A stretch of DNA of 63,292 nucleotides, counting the filler, from Octopus bimaculoides (lineage: Eukaryota): assembly GCF_001194135.2 (NCBI RefSeq). It is 7 parts of 7 records of this genome, joined end to end, with 100 filler letters (N's around TTAATTAATTAA, not from the genome) between each part and the next. Parts side by side here need not be neighbours in the genome. Positions count along the whole stretch, not along the records: positions 55,612 to 63,292 come from NC_068984.1; 6 more parts are not named here. The stretch is one strand, 5' to 3'. Numbering within the stretch: position 1 is the stretch's first letter; every line of letters starts with the position of its first letter. The notes below the pieces were generated by a model, which saw nothing but the letters and a program-made list of their open reading frames with translations, was not told where the DNA came from and made no database searches. Positions 60,424 to 63,292 of the stretch are shown in pieces. The position numbers were made by a program, and so were the translations under genes.

Positions 60424-61443
60424 CCTTGAAAGGTCGAGCGGAGGTGGCGAATGCGTACATCGCATCCGTCATCTATTACCGTTTGACCGTCTTCCCTTGT
60501 CCCGACCGCTGGTTAACCAAGATAGTACGCTTGCTCTTCAACTTTTTGTGGAAGGGTCACGTACCACTGGTCAGGCGCTCCATCTGCTGTCAACAGCCGC
60601 TGAACGGAGGTCTTGGCATGCCGTGGTTGCTGATGCGCAAACATGCGCTCAGGCTACATCTCAAGCGTTTCCTGGACGGTGAACAGGTGTGGTCGCCGTT
60701 CGTCAGACGCGATTTTCCGCAGCTCGCTTCTTTAATAGAGCTGCAATCCTGGATCAAACGTAGACCGAGAAAGGGCGCTTGGCACCTCGAGTGCCGCCAA
60801 ACTCTCACCGCCCTCAGTCAGGCGGGCAGTGCGATCGGTAGTAGCTCCACTCTAGCGTTCTATACAGGGTTAGTGGGAGAAAAGTGTGACGACGTTCTCG
60901 GGGAAACTCTAGGCGTCGAGGATAATCAGCTAAACAGTCTGTTCAGAACTTTCGGACCGGAGCCCATGGATAATTTCCAAAGGTCCCTCGCCTGGCAGTG
61001 CTTCAGGTGCGCTACCTGTTCGAGATAAACTCTACCGTCACGGAAGTGCCGTCAACCGGGCCTGCCCAAGGTGCGCTCAGGATGACGAAACGTTCTGCAC
61101 GCACTCGTCCAGTGCCCGAGCATTGCTGACCTGTGGGTCTATATCGAACAGCTACTGTCACGTGTAGGACGGATCCGGCTATCAGCTGAATCTATCGTGA
61201 GAATTGACCCGCCGACCTCCTTTAACCGGGAGGGCAAGGCAATTTTCCTATGCCTAGTGGCTGTAGCGAAAGAGGTGATATGGTGGACCCGTTTGAAAGG
61301 GCTAAAGACAGACACTTTCCTCTTTGGCCAAGGCCTCATCAACTTTTTCAAGTTCCGCTTGAAAAGGAAGATGAGAGTAGAGAGGGAAGTGCTGTCTCAT
61401 AGCAAATTCGTTGAAAGATGGGTGACTGTTAGAAGAATGGCCA
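60424..61443 (+). mobile_element. L1-Tx1-like LINE ORF2 C-terminal region (post-RT plus zf-RVT), frameshifted
   Basis: LKGRAEVANAYIASVIYYRL...FNFLWKG...QPLNGGLGMP; FQRSLAWQ; then in a shifted frame LPVRDKL...ACPRCAQDDET(V)LHALVQCP...LW. Confidence 0.85.
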
Positions 61444-62103
61444 NNNNNNNNNNNNNNNNNNNNNNNNNNNNNNNNNNNNNNNNNNNNNNNNNNNNNNNNN
61501 NNNNNNNNNNNNNNNNNNNNNNNNNNNNNNNNNNNNNNNNNNNNNNNNNNNNNNNNNNNNNNNNNNNNNNNNNNNNNNNNNNNNNNNNNNNNNNNNNNNN
61601 NNNNNNNNNNNNNNNNNNNNNNNNNNNNNNNNNNNNNNNNNNNNNNNNNNNNNNNNNNNNNNNNNNNNNNNNNNNNNNNNNNNNNNNNNNNNNNNNNNNN
61701 NNNNNNNNNNNNNNNNNNNNNNNNNNNNNNNNNNNNNNNNNNNNNNNNNNNNNNNNNNNNNNNNNNNNNNNNNNNNNNNNNNNNNNNNNNNNNNNNNNNN
61801 NNNNNNNNNNNNNNNNNNNNNNNNNNNNNNNNNNNNNNNNNNNNNNNNNNNNNNNNNNNNNNNNNNNNNNNNNNNNNNNNNNNNNNNNNNNNNNNNNNNN
61901 NNNNNNNNNNNNNNNNNNNNNNNNNNNNNNNNNNNNNNNNNNNNNNNNNNNNNNNNNNNNNNNNNNNNNNNNNNNNNNNNNNNNNNNNNNNNNNNNNNNN
62001 NNNNNNNNNNNNNNNNNNNNNNNNNNNNNNNNNNNNNNNNNNNNNNNNNNNNNNNNNNNNNNNNNNNNNNNNNNNNNNNNNNNNNNNNNNNNNNNNNNNN
62101 NNN

Positions 62104-62420
62104 AAACGGTGTTGGTTTGGCTTACGTCCTCCGTAATCTAGCGGATTGGCAAAATAGACCGTCGTAATAAGTAACAGACATTTTAAATATATACATATAT
62201 ATTCCTTTATTCTTTTATTTGTTTCAGCCATTTGACTGCGGCCATGCTGGAGTACCGCCTTTCGTCGAGCAAATCGACCCCGGGACTTATTCTTCGTAAG
62301 CTTGGTACTTATTCTATCGGTGTCTTTTGCCGAACCACTAAGTCACGCTGACGTAAACTCACCAACAACGGTTGTCAAGCGATGGCGGGTGGGTAGGTGG
62401 GTGAGACAAACACAGACACA
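62104..62420 (-). mobile_element. CORE-like SINE tail fragments
   Basis: TATTCTTTTATTTGTTTCAGCCATTTGACTGCGGCCATGCTGGAG...TTTTGCCGAACC...GGTTGTCAAGCGATGG. Confidence 0.8.
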
Positions 62421-62569
62421 AATATATACATACAAAAAAAAAGGGGATCAGAAAAGGAAAGAAGTGCTGGGAAGGATTTGTTCGGTGGGAGCCTCATTAT
62501 GACTGCAATCCAAACGAATAAAACAAGCAAAAGAAAATCTAGAACTTCTGGTAAACAGACTGAAAACTG

Positions 62570-62782
62570 CTGCTGATAGCAACTACTAGTACTGCCGCCG
62601 ATTTCTATCAACATCAACACAACTGTCATCACTGCTATCATTATCAATATCAACTGCATCGTCGATATCGCCGCCAGGATCATCATCATCACCACCACCA
62701 TCATCATCATAAACGTTTTTATCAGCAACAACATCGCGGCCATTATCATCACAGCCATTGCTGCTGCTGCTGCTTACTACTG

Positions 62783-62833
<51 letters not shown>

Positions 62834-62835
62834 TA
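62570..62835. repeat. Degenerate (CAT)/(CTG)/(TAC)n trinucleotide repeats
   Basis: Direct reading. Confidence 0.85.
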
Positions 62836-63194
62836 TTGGTTTGTTTTTTTTCAAACGGCAGTCTCCACTTTTTTTTTCTATTTCGCATTGGTTAGTCATG
62901 ATTTGCCTCAGTGTATTTATACGCTTCAAATGCAATTACCTATGTACCTGTTGAACGTTTCTATATGGGCTAGCATATACATGCACGTATATGTTTGTTT
63001 GTGCGTGTGTGTGCGCGTGTGTTTTGTGTGTGTGTGCGTGTGTTTTATGTGTGTGTGTATGCTTGCGCGCGCGTGTGTATGCATTTGCATATTTTTATGT
63101 AAAAGCATATATACATACACACATATACATATATACATAAGCATATATACATACACACATATACATACATTCAGAGGAAGAGAGAGAGAAATTA

Positions 63195-63228
63195 ATATAG
63201 ATTATATAGATAGATAGATAGATAGATA

Positions 63229-63292
<64 letters not shown>
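63195..63292. repeat. (GATA)n/(GA)n microsatellite
   Basis: Direct reading. Confidence 0.95.

Overview
AT-rich, microsatellite-saturated eukaryotic DNA with many N gaps. The repeat families look like those I recall from Octopus (coleoid cephalopod), but that is recollection, not a search result. The window is not one locus: six identical 100-bp spacers (44 N + TTAATTAATTAA + 44 N) split it into seven separately assembled pieces (1-16034, 16135-26893, 26994-32723, 32824-40831, 40932-50132, 50233-55511, 55612-63292), so linkage across spacers cannot be inferred. Most sequence is decayed transposons: tRNA-headed SINEs (CORE-like and Meta-like), R4/Dong, CR1-group, RTE and L1-Tx1 LINE fragments, a Gypsy remnant, Tc1/mariner/maT remnants, two Helitron 3' ends and several foldback/MITE elements. 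Host-gene evidence is limited to two in-phase minus-strand exons of a JmjC/cupin-8-like protein (42126-42018, 41203-41060), a probable first coding exon starting MGSTPSS (38058-38193) and a candidate 29-nt exon (34802-34830). The most unusual observations are: (i) an LTR element whose primer-binding site extends about 45 nt into tRNA-Trp and is tandemly duplicated; (ii) an (AAT)n-bounded, apparently non-coding element with a 139-bp 5' monomer array that repeatedly sits next to Dong LINE fragments; (iii) a 300-bp foldback element carrying converging TTAGGG/CCCTAA repeats. Nearly all long ORFs in the supplied track are gap or microsatellite artefacts. I see no well-supported novel multi-gene system.
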